A DNA stretch of 64,000 nucleotides. It comes from an uncultured Bacteriovoracaceae bacterium. Its GTDB lineage: Bacteria > Bdellovibrionota > UBA2428. The DNA is taken from assembly GCA_964609695.1 (NCBI GenBank), contig CAZSSP010000007.1, positions 8,926 to 72,925 of the forward strand. Reading direction: 5' to 3'. The notes beneath the pieces are model-generated. The model had not been told where the DNA came from. It did no database searches and worked only from the letters and a program-made list of their open reading frames with translations. This document shows positions 38,726 to 48,486 of this stretch, piece after piece (position 1 is the first letter of the stretch; each line of letters begins with the position of its first letter). A program made the position numbers and the translations under genes.

Positions 38726-39841
38726 TTAGCGGAAAATTAGATTAAATTCGCAAGAATTATCAGCAGTTCTGAGTTCTTTATGCGCTTTTTTTGAAGCTCG
38801 AGTGGCCTGCCAAAGACTATAGAATCCAGCAGCCCCCATCACACCAAAAGCCCACTCCGCGTGCGGATAATTGATCATTCTCAGCACCGTTAGAATTCCC
38901 GTTGAAATCATAGAAGCGCCCAGCAAACCAAAAGTCGATTTTAATAAAATACTAGCCCGATCCTCTCCCAACAGATGCCTATTTTCTGCACGAGTTGTGA
39001 AAGAAAGATCCCATGAACCCTGCGCAAAAGTGGCCATAGCTGCCGTTGATAGTACATTCAAAGCCGCTGGCCCAAAGTCTTGAGAATGCCCCATAAAAGT
39101 CCAACCTGTTTTTAAAACAGCCATAAAAAGGACTTCAAAAGCATACCAGCGACCAAACTGCTCCACCCAATCACAAATCGACTTCAACTGTTTTTCTTGA
39201 TCATCTTCGAGTTTCAACCCAAAAGTCGCTAAACTTCGAGTCAAAGCAGATCCCAAGCCACCGCGAGTGGTCATCCAACCGTAAAGTGTTTTGGCAAAAA
39301 ATTGAACATTGCCCGACAACAAACCCACCCAAGCTCCCATCGCCAAACTTATTGGCCAAGGAGTCGATCCATCCGATATCCTTAAACTCATAAATGCTAC
39401 ACTGGTCTGAAAGCTTCCTCTGACAAGAGCAAAGGTCCAGCGATAATTTTTCAACATGGACTTTTTTAGCTTGGCATAAAACTTTTGAAGATCCTTTTTA
39501 GGTCGAGGAACAAATTTAATAGAAAGCGTCGCCTCCCTCTCCAAAGAAGCCATCATTCTAGATAACGGAGATTGCGAATCCTCAAGCAGAGTTTTGAAAT
39601 TTTCATCAATCTCTATTTGAAGCTTCACCGTTTTATTGAGTTTTTTTTGTGAATGAATTTTGTGAATGAGTTCTGATTCAATTTGTGCCCAATCATCGTC
39701 TGTAGCTGTAGCCAATCCATCGATGAGAATTTCCTGTTTATGATGTTGAAGCTTTAACTGAACTGACTCAAGACGAGCCTCAACATTGATACAAATAAAA
39801 AGGAATAATAAGAATAAAGTCCTCAAAAACCCCAAATTCAC
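38726..39841 (-). CDS. hypothetical polytopic membrane protein
   Basis: Signal/anchor MNLGFLRTLFLLFLFICINVEA, a soluble helical region of about 130 aa, then several hydrophobic helices. No family recognised. Confidence 0.5.
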   Translation of the reverse strand: MNLGFLRTLFLLFLFICINVEARLESVQLKLQHHKQEILIDGLATATDDDWAQIESELIHKIHSQKKLNKTVKLQIEIDENFKTLLEDSQSPLSRMMASLEREATLSIKFVPRPKKDLQKFYAKLKKSMLKNYRWTFALVRGSFQTSVAFMSLRISDGSTPWPISLAMGAWVGLLSGNVQFFAKTLYGWMTTRGGLGSALTRSLATFGLKLEDDQEKQLKSICDWVEQFGRWYAFEVLFMAVLKTGWTFMGHSQDFGPAALNVLSTAAMATFAQGSWDLSFTTRAENRHLLGEDRASILLKSTFGLLGASMISTGILTVLRMINYPHAEWAFGVMGAAGFYSLWQATRASKKAHKELRTADNSCEFNLIFR

Positions 39842-39967
39842 CGGGAAGTAGTTTTAGTAACCCTTAAGTAGTTCAGCAAGTGTGTAAGATTTTTTAATAA
39901 AGGGCTTTATTATAAGTCTAAGCTCCTCTAAATCTAATAGGACAGTGGCGGAAGGAGTTTCACATCC

Positions 39968-40963
39968 ATGAAACGACATTTATTACTTCTTAGTTTCTTC
40001 TTATTAATGTCTTGTCAGAAAAAAGTTGGAGTCGAGAAAAAAACCATCTGGATTTACACAAGTCTTTACAAAGAAGTTCTTCCAAATTTCGATCCTTACT
40101 TTAGAAAACTTTTTCCTGATTTCAATATTCAGTGGTACCAAGCAGGATCCGAAGACATCTCAGCCAAAATCCAAGCCGAACTCAAGGGTGCCAAAACACA
40201 AGCATCAATTCTACTCACATCTGATGTCTTTTTTTATTTAGAAATGTCAGAAAAAGGAAAATTATTAAGCCTCGAGGGAGAAGCTCTTAAAAAACTAGAT
40301 CCACTCTTAGTGAATCCCGAGAAAAATATTGCTGTCGTTCGATATCCAGTTATGGTGATGGCTTTCAATCCAAAATTCGTAAAAGAAAAAGAAGCCCCAC
40401 TCAGTGTTGCTGGGATGCTGGATCCAAAATTTAAAGGCAAAATCACTATGCCCTCACCTCTTCAATCTGGAACGGCTTTAACCACACTTTTTTTTCTAGA
40501 AAGAAAATTCGGAAAAAGTCTCAATACAAAACTTAAAAATAACGACGTCCTTGCAGCCGGCGGAAACGGTGCCACTTTAGGTAGAATTCTCAGTGGAGAA
40601 AAGCCCCTAGGTCTTCTTCTCATGGAAAACGTTCTTCAGTCTCACGAAAAAGGACAAGAAGACATCGTCTATCAAATTCCACAAGAAGGAGCGATGCCCA
40701 TTCCCTCACCTATTGCAGTCTTTAAAGATAGCGACCACCCCAATGAGGCTAAAGCTTTGGCCGAATGGTTCATGGGAGAAGAAGCGCAAAACATCATTCG
40801 TAAAGCTTGGCTTTATTCACCTCTTCCTCAAATTGCAGCCCCCAATGGAGCGCCCGAATATTCAAAACTTAAAAAGATGGATTGGACTTGGGCTCAGCTG
40901 AAGGAATGGAAAGAGCAACGAGAAGATCTTAAAAATCGTTTTCAAAAAACTGTTCTAAGATAA
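39968..40963 (+). CDS. ABC transporter substrate-binding lipoprotein (Fe3+/thiamine-type family 1)
   Basis: Lipobox LLMSC. Size and position upstream of the fused two-domain permease and ATPase are typical of FbpA/AfuA-like binding proteins. Confidence 0.7.
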   Translation: MKRHLLLLSFFLLMSCQKKVGVEKKTIWIYTSLYKEVLPNFDPYFRKLFPDFNIQWYQAGSEDISAKIQAELKGAKTQASILLTSDVFFYLEMSEKGKLLSLEGEALKKLDPLLVNPEKNIAVVRYPVMVMAFNPKFVKEKEAPLSVAGMLDPKFKGKITMPSPLQSGTALTTLFFLERKFGKSLNTKLKNNDVLAAGGNGATLGRILSGEKPLGLLLMENVLQSHEKGQEDIVYQIPQEGAMPIPSPIAVFKDSDHPNEAKALAEWFMGEEAQNIIRKAWLYSPLPQIAAPNGAPEYSKLKKMDWTWAQLKEWKEQREDLKNRFQKTVLR

Positions 40964-40969
40964 TTTTAC

Positions 40970-42487
40970 ATGAACGAATTTTGGCTCAATGTCATTCAAA
41001 ACACTCTGCTCATGATTTTAGGAGTGTGCGCCTTATGCAGTGTCATTGCCCTCCCCCTCTCTTTTGCACTTGAAAGATATAAAATTCCTTATGGAGAAGG
41101 AATTTTCAGAGCTCTCACCATACCCTATGTTTTTCCTAGTTATATACTCGCTATTTCCTGGATCACTCTCGCCAACCCCACGGTAGGATGGCTTAATAAA
41201 ATTCTTCCCTTCACTCTCAACATCTATTCAATTTGGGGAATTATATTTGTGGAGTCCTCCGTTCTTATGTCGTTGCTATTTTTAAATCTCCGTTCAGCTC
41301 TTCAGAAAATCGACCCCACACTCGAAGAAGCCGCTAGACTCTCCGGAGCTTCGTCTTGGCAAAGTTTTTGGCACGTGACATTTCCCCTGATTAAAAAAAA
41401 CTTTGCAGGCGGACTCCTCTCTATTGCTTTAGCTTCTTTAGCTAGCTTTGGTGTTCCAGCCATGCTCGGACAAGCAGGGCGTATTTTTGTGATGACAACT
41501 TCAATTTACTCACTCATCAAAACAGGAAGTGAAAGTAGTTTTAATGAAGCCTTATTGATTTCAAGCCTCACACTCATTCCCACTCTTCTTTTAGTCATCT
41601 TAGTCAGGCGCTGGGACTCCTCAAAATCAAAAAATCTTGCCTCTGCCAAAGCCTCACGCAATGAAAAAAAAGAAGCCAGTTCTTTTACTTTAGTCACAAC
41701 TCTCAGCATTTCTTTTCTTGTCATTTTTCTAATGGTGATTTTACCGGTAGTAACTCTCATCCTCTCTAGTTTTCAAAAAAGTCTTTCAGAGATTTCTATA
41801 AACAATTTTTCTCTACGTGCTTGGGACTATGTTCTCACTACTCTTCCTCAATTTTGGAACAGCTTTCAAAACTCTATTATCTGCGCGCTTCTCAGCACCC
41901 TCATATTAGTTTTCTTGGCTTTTTCCTTAGGCTTATTGAATAAGCATTTTGAAAAAAAACAAAATCTGCTGGGCCGAAGAATCATTACAATCTTTGAAAC
42001 TCTTCTCTCATTTTTCTATTCCATTCCTGGAACAGTTCTAGCCCTAGGACTCACAGTTATCGTAAGTTTTTTAGGCTTAGATTATTTACAAGGAAGCTTA
42101 AACTTAATCATTTTGAGCTACTGCTTTAAATACAGCAATCTGGCTCTTAAAAACTTGTCTCCCAATTTTAACTTTATTCACCCCTCGTGGATTGAAGCTG
42201 CTGAAATATCCGGAGCAGGTCCCTGGAGTCGCATTAGATGGATTTATATTCCCTTACTTAAAACTGCACTTCTGGCAACTGCAACTTTAGTCTTCATGCC
42301 CACCCTAAGTGAGCTCAGCATGACTCTGCTTTTATCAGGCCCCATGAGCTCGACATTAGGCGTCCTGCTTTTCGAACTCCAAGAATATGCTGATCGATCT
42401 TCAGCCGCTGTTGTTGGCACTTTAATTTTAATCTTCGTTCTAGTTTTACAAAGATTTTCACGGAGAAACTATGAAATTGCTCGTTAA
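40970..42487 (+). CDS. iron-type ABC transporter permease (duplicated MetI-like domains)
   Basis: 505 aa with about 12 TM segments. Two EAA-like loops (LEEAARLSGAS.. and IEAAEISGAG..), as in FbpB/ThiP-type permeases. Confidence 0.8.
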   Translation: MNEFWLNVIQNTLLMILGVCALCSVIALPLSFALERYKIPYGEGIFRALTIPYVFPSYILAISWITLANPTVGWLNKILPFTLNIYSIWGIIFVESSVLMSLLFLNLRSALQKIDPTLEEAARLSGASSWQSFWHVTFPLIKKNFAGGLLSIALASLASFGVPAMLGQAGRIFVMTTSIYSLIKTGSESSFNEALLISSLTLIPTLLLVILVRRWDSSKSKNLASAKASRNEKKEASSFTLVTTLSISFLVIFLMVILPVVTLILSSFQKSLSEISINNFSLRAWDYVLTTLPQFWNSFQNSIICALLSTLILVFLAFSLGLLNKHFEKKQNLLGRRIITIFETLLSFFYSIPGTVLALGLTVIVSFLGLDYLQGSLNLIILSYCFKYSNLALKNLSPNFNFIHPSWIEAAEISGAGPWSRIRWIYIPLLKTALLATATLVFMPTLSELSMTLLLSGPMSSTLGVLLFELQEYADRSSAAVVGTLILIFVLVLQRFSRRNYEIAR

Positions 42488-43190
42488 TAATATTTCAAAA
42501 TACTTTGATCACAACAAAGCCGTCATCGAAGACATTTCGCTTGTTGTGCAAGAACGAGAATGCGTTGGACTCTTGGGACCCTCGGGCTGCGGCAAAAGCA
42601 CATTGCTCAGAATCATTGCGGGATTAGAAAGTGCCAGCAATGGCGAAATCCACTTTGATCATGAATGCTGGGTTGAAAAGGATTTTTCACTTTCACCTGA
42701 AAAAAGACTTCTCGGTATGCTCTTTCAAAATTATGCTCTTTGGCCCCACATGAGCGTATTACAAAACGTTTCTTTCCCATTAAAAATGCAAAAAAAATCT
42801 AAAACCGAACAGAATAAGCAAGCCTTAATCGCACTCGAAAAAGTACACTTGAGCGATATGGCAGAAAGAATGCCTGGCACCCTTTCTGGCGGACAACAGC
42901 AACGCGTAGCTTTAGCGCGTCTCTTAGCCCAAAATCCACGTTTAATGCTTTTAGATGAACCCCTCTGCAATTTAGACGCCAGCTTAAAAGGTGCTATGAG
43001 AAAAGAAATTCGAAGCATTCAACAAGAATCTAACCTCAGCGCCATATTAGTGACCCATGATTGGGCTGATGTAGAAATTCTTTGCGACAGAGTTTATGTT
43101 ATTCATCAAGGAAAAATTCTTCAGGAAGGCACGCCCAAAGACATAAAAAGTCGGCCGGCTAACCGATTTGTTGAAGATCTTCTCCTTTAA
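42471..43190 (+). CDS. ABC transporter ATP-binding protein
   Basis: Walker A GPSGCGKSTLLR, signature LSGGQQQRVALARLL, Walker B LMLLDEPL. Confidence 0.88.
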   Translation: MKLLVNNISKYFDHNKAVIEDISLVVQERECVGLLGPSGCGKSTLLRIIAGLESASNGEIHFDHECWVEKDFSLSPEKRLLGMLFQNYALWPHMSVLQNVSFPLKMQKKSKTEQNKQALIALEKVHLSDMAERMPGTLSGGQQQRVALARLLAQNPRLMLLDEPLCNLDASLKGAMRKEIRSIQQESNLSAILVTHDWADVEILCDRVYVIHQGKILQEGTPKDIKSRPANRFVEDLLL

Positions 43191-43197
43191 GGAATTT

Positions 43198-44046
43198 ATG
43201 AAAAAAATTAATTGGAGTTTTATTTTATTAGCCACAATGATTTCATGTTCTTCAAAGCCCAAAAGCTTAGCCGAAGAAAAAACTGAAACTTCTAATGCTT
43301 TAGACAAAGAAAAAACATACATTCTCGAATCCATCCACGAACGTGACATGACTCAAAACCCCGCTCTTAATCTTGACGTGATAACCTCAGAGGACGGAAA
43401 AGTGGTTTTTGCTGGAGGAGCTTTTTCTGTGGGGGGTCTTTTAAGAAGTGCTCTATTCAAATCAGAAGACGGCGGCATCACATGGAAGGAAATCGAAGCC
43501 TACGTCTATGGAAGCAGCGTGACCGACATCGATATTGTTAAAAATCAAATCAATGTTTTTTTAACTTATGGTATTGAGGGGGCCTTTTTTAATGGAACAC
43601 TTCGCTCTTTAGACGGAGGACTCCAATGGAATCGACTCGAAGGACTCAGAGACGAAAAGAATCAAGAGAAAATTAGAGCCCACATTGGATGCTGCTTTGA
43701 ACAAGCTCTCAAAGGACATTTTAAGAATGAGAACGAAGGCTATGTTCTGATTAGTGACTATAGATACCTTCTCTTAAAAACCTTAGACGGTGGTCAGAAT
43801 TATACCGTTGAGAAGCTCTTGGCTAAAGTTCAAAAAAATCCACCCAAACTCAAAGAGCTCAGCAAAAACCCATCCCCTTACGAATATAGAATTCGTCAAA
43901 GTAAAAAATTGAATTCTGATAAAGTCCCTCTAGCCTTCGAAATTGAAAGTCGAATTGCCGGAAAAACTTCTTGGAAAAAAATATCTGAATTACCCACCTT
44001 TTGGACTCTTGATAAAGTCACACTAAAAGCAACTCCAATGCCCTAA
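43198..44046 (+). CDS. BNR/Asp-box repeat lipoprotein (hypothetical)
   Basis: ATG at 43198 preceded by AAGGA. Signal MKKINWSFILLATMISC. Three Asp-box-like repeats: SEDGGITW, SLDGGLQW, TLDGGQNY. Confidence 0.6.
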   Translation: MKKINWSFILLATMISCSSKPKSLAEEKTETSNALDKEKTYILESIHERDMTQNPALNLDVITSEDGKVVFAGGAFSVGGLLRSALFKSEDGGITWKEIEAYVYGSSVTDIDIVKNQINVFLTYGIEGAFFNGTLRSLDGGLQWNRLEGLRDEKNQEKIRAHIGCCFEQALKGHFKNENEGYVLISDYRYLLLKTLDGGQNYTVEKLLAKVQKNPPKLKELSKNPSPYEYRIRQSKKLNSDKVPLAFEIESRIAGKTSWKKISELPTFWTLDKVTLKATPMP

Positions 44047-44121
44047 AATTCAGACTCGTCATTTCATTTTTCTAGGCTCATCTTTTTTGACTGAACGCTA
44101 TTAAAATGATTTTCTCTGCGA

Positions 44122-45216
44122 GTGGACACTTCCCTAAAAAAAAGCCCCCTTTGGAATGAACACCAAAAACTTGGGGCACGCTTTGTACCCTTCAGTGGTT
44201 ACGATATGCCTGTTCAATACCAAGGAGTTTTAGTTGAACACCAAGCCGTTAGAGAAAAGGCTGGTCTTTTCGACGTCTCGCACATGGGAGTGTCTATTTT
44301 CAGTGGACCCAATATCTTAGAAAAGATCAACTCCATAATCACTCGCGACGTTTCTCAATTAGCCGTCGGAAAAGGTGCTTATACACTCTTGTGTCGTGAC
44401 AATGGATATTGTGTAGACGATCTTATTCTTTATCGAATTGAAAATGAGAAAATCCTCTTTGTATTTAACGCCTCCAATAAAGAAAAAGATTTCGAATATA
44501 TTCAATCCAAACTCAAAGGAAATGATTTTAAAGCCACTGCACCCAGTGAAGATTGGGCGCTCATAGCTCTTCAAGGACCCGCTTCTGTTAAAATTTTGCA
44601 GGATTTGGGACTTAAAAGCTGGCCCGAAGCCTTTTCGGTAATTGAGCATAGTATTTCTGGAATTTCTTGCACCCTGCTCTTTACTGGATATACCGGCGAA
44701 TTGGGTTGTGAAATTTGCGTAAAATCTCAAGATGCAGCAAAACTTTGGAATGAACTTCTTAAGAGTGGAAAAAACGATGGTCTCATCGCCTGCGGTCTCG
44801 GCGCACGAGACACCCTAAGGCTCGAAATGGGCTATAGTCTTTACGGCCATGAAATTAGTGAAGAGATCAACCCCCTTGAAGCTGGACTTTCGTGGGCTGT
44901 AAATTTTTCCAAAGAAAACTTTATAGGCAAAGAAGCTCTCCTCACTTATAAGAACTCCCCCAAAAGAAAACTCATAGCTCTCAAAAACAATTCTAAGCAG
45001 GCACCCAGAGGAGAAATGCGAGTTTATGACGCCACTGGCCGAGACGTCGGCTTCATAACTTCTGGCTCATTAGCCCCTTCCTTGGGTCACGCCATCGGAT
45101 TAGCCCTAGTTTCGACCGATTCTAACGCTCCTTACTCGGTGGGCATAAGAGATAAAAAAATACCTTTTGATCTTACGAAAAGACCTTTTTATAAGAAATT
45201 AAACAAGGAGACTTAA
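44122..45216 (+). CDS. gcvT: glycine cleavage system aminomethyltransferase T
   Basis: FSGYDMPVQY, FDVSHMG and TGYTGELG motifs. GTG start. Confidence 0.9.
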   Translation: MDTSLKKSPLWNEHQKLGARFVPFSGYDMPVQYQGVLVEHQAVREKAGLFDVSHMGVSIFSGPNILEKINSIITRDVSQLAVGKGAYTLLCRDNGYCVDDLILYRIENEKILFVFNASNKEKDFEYIQSKLKGNDFKATAPSEDWALIALQGPASVKILQDLGLKSWPEAFSVIEHSISGISCTLLFTGYTGELGCEICVKSQDAAKLWNELLKSGKNDGLIACGLGARDTLRLEMGYSLYGHEISEEINPLEAGLSWAVNFSKENFIGKEALLTYKNSPKRKLIALKNNSKQAPRGEMRVYDATGRDVGFITSGSLAPSLGHAIGLALVSTDSNAPYSVGIRDKKIPFDLTKRPFYKKLNKET

Positions 45217-45219
45217 TCA

Positions 45220-45606
45220 ATGTCAGAGATCCCTTCCTCATTAAAATATACAAAAGATCACGAATGGGCTCAAAAACTTGAAGCCCCTAAAACATTAAGA
45301 ATTGGAATCACTGACTTTGCTCAAAATTCCCTAGGCGATGTCACCTACTTGGAACTTCCTGAAATTGGAAAAGCCTTTAAAAAAGGTGAAATCATTGGGA
45401 CCGTTGAAAGTGTTAAAGCCGTATCCGATATTTACGCTCCAGTGAGTGGAAAAATCACAGCCGCTAACAGTTCACTTTGCGACGAGCCTTCATTGCTTAA
45501 CACGGATCCATTTGGAAAAGCTTGGTTAGTTGAAATCGAAATGGAAAACGAAGCGGATTGGAATGCTCTTTTAAGTCCCGAAGCTTATTCACAACACGCA
45601 CACTAA
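45220..45606 (+). CDS. gcvH: glycine cleavage system H protein
   Basis: Lipoyl-lysine motif ESVKAVSDIYAPVSG; 128 aa. Confidence 0.92.
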   Translation: MSEIPSSLKYTKDHEWAQKLEAPKTLRIGITDFAQNSLGDVTYLELPEIGKAFKKGEIIGTVESVKAVSDIYAPVSGKITAANSSLCDEPSLLNTDPFGKAWLVEIEMENEADWNALLSPEAYSQHAH

Positions 45607-45626
45607 AAAAAAAACAGGAGACGCGA

Positions 45627-46997
45627 ATGCGCTATCTGCCACTGACCCCATCTGAAGAAAAAAAAATACTTAATGACTGTGGAGTGAAAAACTTTTCAGA
45701 TTTGCTAGACAGCGTTCCCCCTGATCTACGCTTAAAAGGAAACCTTAAAACAGGCGCCGCTCAGAGCGAAGAAGAGCTCGTAGAAACTTTTGAAAACTAC
45801 GCCTCAAACATCAAAGCTGCAAAAATGATTTCTTTCTTAGGACAAGGCGCCTACGATCACACTTGGCCCAAAGTGATCGATCAACTCATTAACCGCGGAG
45901 AATTTCTCACAGCCTACACTCCATACCAACCTGAAATTTCGCAGGGAACACTTCAAAGTATTTTTGAATTTCAATCTTTAATTGCTGAAATCACAGGAAT
46001 GGAAATCTCTAACGCCTCTCTTTACGACGGATCGACGGCTCTTCTTGAAGCTATTCTAATGAGCGCTCGCCTTCAAAAGAAAGAAAAGGGAGTGATCCTT
46101 GTTAGCGAAGGAACTTATCCATCAACCTTAGAACTTCTGAAAACTTATCTTGAACCTCTGAATATACAAATTCATATTTGGAAAGCCGACTCAAAAACTT
46201 ATCTTTCCACAGAAAACACCCTTGATTATAGCGACACACAAAATATTCTAGGAGTCGCACTTCAGTCTCCTAACAAATGGGGATTGATTGAGGATTGGGC
46301 TGAAGCTGTCAAAAGCGCTCAGAAATTAAAAACTAAATCCATTGCCTCAACTTTCCAGATACATTCACTTACAGAATTTGCTTCTCCAGGTGAGGCTGGA
46401 ATTGACATTGTCTCCGGAGAAGGCCAAGCCCTTGGCATTCCTGTTGGCTTCGGAGGCCCTTACTTAGGCCTCTTGTGTTGTAAAAAATCCGATGTTCGGC
46501 AACTTCCGGGCAGACTTGTTGGACTCACAGAGGATTCCAAAGGACAAAGAGCTTTTTGCATCACTCTATCGACTCGCGAACAACATATTCGAAGAGAAAA
46601 AGCCACTAGCAACATTTGCTCCAATCAAAACCTCATGGCCCTAAGAGCGGCCATGTACACAACACTCATGGGACCACAAGGACTCTTAGAACTTTCACAA
46701 ACCCTAAGAGCCAAACTCGAATATTTTCAAAAAACGCTCGAGTCTAAAATAAAAAAGGGCAAAATTATTCAGGGTAGCGCCCTCAACGAGATTAGCCTCA
46801 TCATTGGACCTTTAACTGAAGATCAAAAAAAGAATTTTGAAAAGAATTCATTCAATGAAGGCCTTATCTGTGGAGTCTTTAATAAAGAGCCCATAGCCCT
46901 CAATTCAAACAATCAAATTTTAACAATTGCGATCACTGAAAGACACTCAAAAAATAACTTAGACAAATTGGCAGATTTTTTAAGTCGCCATTTTTAA
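45627..46997 (+). CDS. gcvPA: glycine dehydrogenase (decarboxylating) subunit 1
   Basis: ATG at 45627 preceded by CAGGAG. MRYLPLTPSEEKKIL start and YTPYQPEISQGTLQ motif. Confidence 0.9.
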   Translation: MRYLPLTPSEEKKILNDCGVKNFSDLLDSVPPDLRLKGNLKTGAAQSEEELVETFENYASNIKAAKMISFLGQGAYDHTWPKVIDQLINRGEFLTAYTPYQPEISQGTLQSIFEFQSLIAEITGMEISNASLYDGSTALLEAILMSARLQKKEKGVILVSEGTYPSTLELLKTYLEPLNIQIHIWKADSKTYLSTENTLDYSDTQNILGVALQSPNKWGLIEDWAEAVKSAQKLKTKSIASTFQIHSLTEFASPGEAGIDIVSGEGQALGIPVGFGGPYLGLLCCKKSDVRQLPGRLVGLTEDSKGQRAFCITLSTREQHIRREKATSNICSNQNLMALRAAMYTTLMGPQGLLELSQTLRAKLEYFQKTLESKIKKGKIIQGSALNEISLIIGPLTEDQKKNFEKNSFNEGLICGVFNKEPIALNSNNQILTIAITERHSKNNLDKLADFLSRHF

Positions 46998-47016
46998 ATT
47001 GAAAGTGAAGGAATTC

Positions 47017-48486
47017 ATGAGCTGGCCATTACGTACATCACTCAGCATTGAAAACTCAAAAGATGGACACAAAGGATATAGTTTGAAACGTTGCGACGTT
47101 CCTTCTCCCTCTTCCATTCCTGATAAACTCAAACGAAAAAAAACCGTGCGTCTCCCTGAGCTCTCCGAACTTGGTGTCGTTCGACATTACACTCGACTTT
47201 CTCAACTCAACTACTCCATCGACGGAGGCATGTATCCACTTGGATCTTGCACAATGAAGTACAATCCTAGAATTAACGAATACACGAGTTCACATCCTAA
47301 TTTTTTAAGACTTCACCCCAGGACTCCTGACGAACTTGCTCAAGGTGCGCTTGAAGCCATTTTTACTTTAGAAAAACTTTTAAGTGAAATCAGTGGTTTC
47401 AAAAGAGTCAGCCTTCAGCCTGCCGCTGGAGCACAAGGTGAATATCTTGGCGTTCGAATGATTCGTGCCTATCACGAAGAACGGGGTCAGAATTTTAAAA
47501 AAATTCTCATTCCTGAATCCGCCCATGGAACCAACTGTGCCACTGCAACCCTTTGTGGCTACGAAGTCGTTCCTGTTCCTGCCACGGACAAAGGAATTCT
47601 CAGCATTCATGATATCGATGAACTCTCTAAAAATGGAGACATCGCCGCACTCATGGTGACCAATCCAAACACCGTTGGGATTTTTGAATCAGAAATAAAA
47701 GCTATAACAGATCTTCTTCATTCACGTGGAGCTCTCGTTTATTGTGATGGCGCCAATATGAACGCTCTTTTGGGTGTAGCTCGCCCTGGAGATCTTGGCA
47801 TCGACGTCATGCACTTTAATCAACACAAAACATTTACGACTCCTCATGGTGGTGGCGGCCCCGGATGCGGTGCTGTTGGTGTTGCAGCATCCTTAGAAGC
47901 TTATCTTCCCAATCCAACTATTGAAAAAGACAATAATGGAAAGTTTTTTACTGATTTTTCTAGAGCTAAAAGCGTCGGAAGAATTAAAGATTACAATGGT
48001 CATTTTTTAATGATGCTGAGATCACTCACTTACATTCTCGAACTTGGTTCTGAGGGACTTCATAAAGTTGGTAGAGACGCTATATTATTGGCGAACTACA
48101 TTCGAGTCCGACTCAAACCCTATTACGACATTGCTTATGATCGCGCTTGTATGCACGAAGTTATTTTTACAGATAAAAAGCAAAAAAAATTCGGCGTTAA
48201 AACCCTCGACATTGCAAAGCGTTTGATAGACTTAGGCTACCATCCCCCCACTGTTTACTTTCCTTTGATCGTAGATGGAGCCCTCATGATTGAACCCACA
48301 GAAACTGAGTCACTCGATAGTGTAGAAGATTTCTGCACAAAAATGATTCAGATTTCAAAAGAAGCCGAAGAAGACAACGCATTTGCCAAACACTTTGAGG
48401 GAGCTCCAAAGCAAATGCCTTACTCAAGGATCAATGAAACCAAGGCAGCACGAGACCTCGTGCTTACTTGGAGAGATATCCTTTGA
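47017..48486 (+). CDS. gcvPB: glycine dehydrogenase (decarboxylating) subunit 2
   Basis: ATG at 47017 preceded by GAAGGA. The PLP lysine region reads HFNQHKTFTTPHGGGGPG. Confidence 0.9.
   Translation: MSWPLRTSLSIENSKDGHKGYSLKRCDVPSPSSIPDKLKRKKTVRLPELSELGVVRHYTRLSQLNYSIDGGMYPLGSCTMKYNPRINEYTSSHPNFLRLHPRTPDELAQGALEAIFTLEKLLSEISGFKRVSLQPAAGAQGEYLGVRMIRAYHEERGQNFKKILIPESAHGTNCATATLCGYEVVPVPATDKGILSIHDIDELSKNGDIAALMVTNPNTVGIFESEIKAITDLLHSRGALVYCDGANMNALLGVARPGDLGIDVMHFNQHKTFTTPHGGGGPGCGAVGVAASLEAYLPNPTIEKDNNGKFFTDFSRAKSVGRIKDYNGHFLMMLRSLTYILELGSEGLHKVGRDAILLANYIRVRLKPYYDIAYDRACMHEVIFTDKKQKKFGVKTLDIAKRLIDLGYHPPTVYFPLIVDGALMIEPTETESLDSVEDFCTKMIQISKEAEEDNAFAKHFEGAPKQMPYSRINETKAARDLVLTWRDIL

Noticed and set aside
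39842-39967. TPP or other riboswitch upstream of the Fe3+/thiamine-type ABC importer
   Set aside because: No CUGAGA / ACCUGAUCUGGAUAAUGCCAGCG-like elements are present. The only feature is a short AT hairpin (TAATAAAG..CTTTATTA).
44047-44121. Glycine riboswitch upstream of gcvT
   Set aside because: The intergenic region is only 75 nt and AT-rich, and it lacks the conserved GGAGAG...CACCG-type cores of glycine aptamers.
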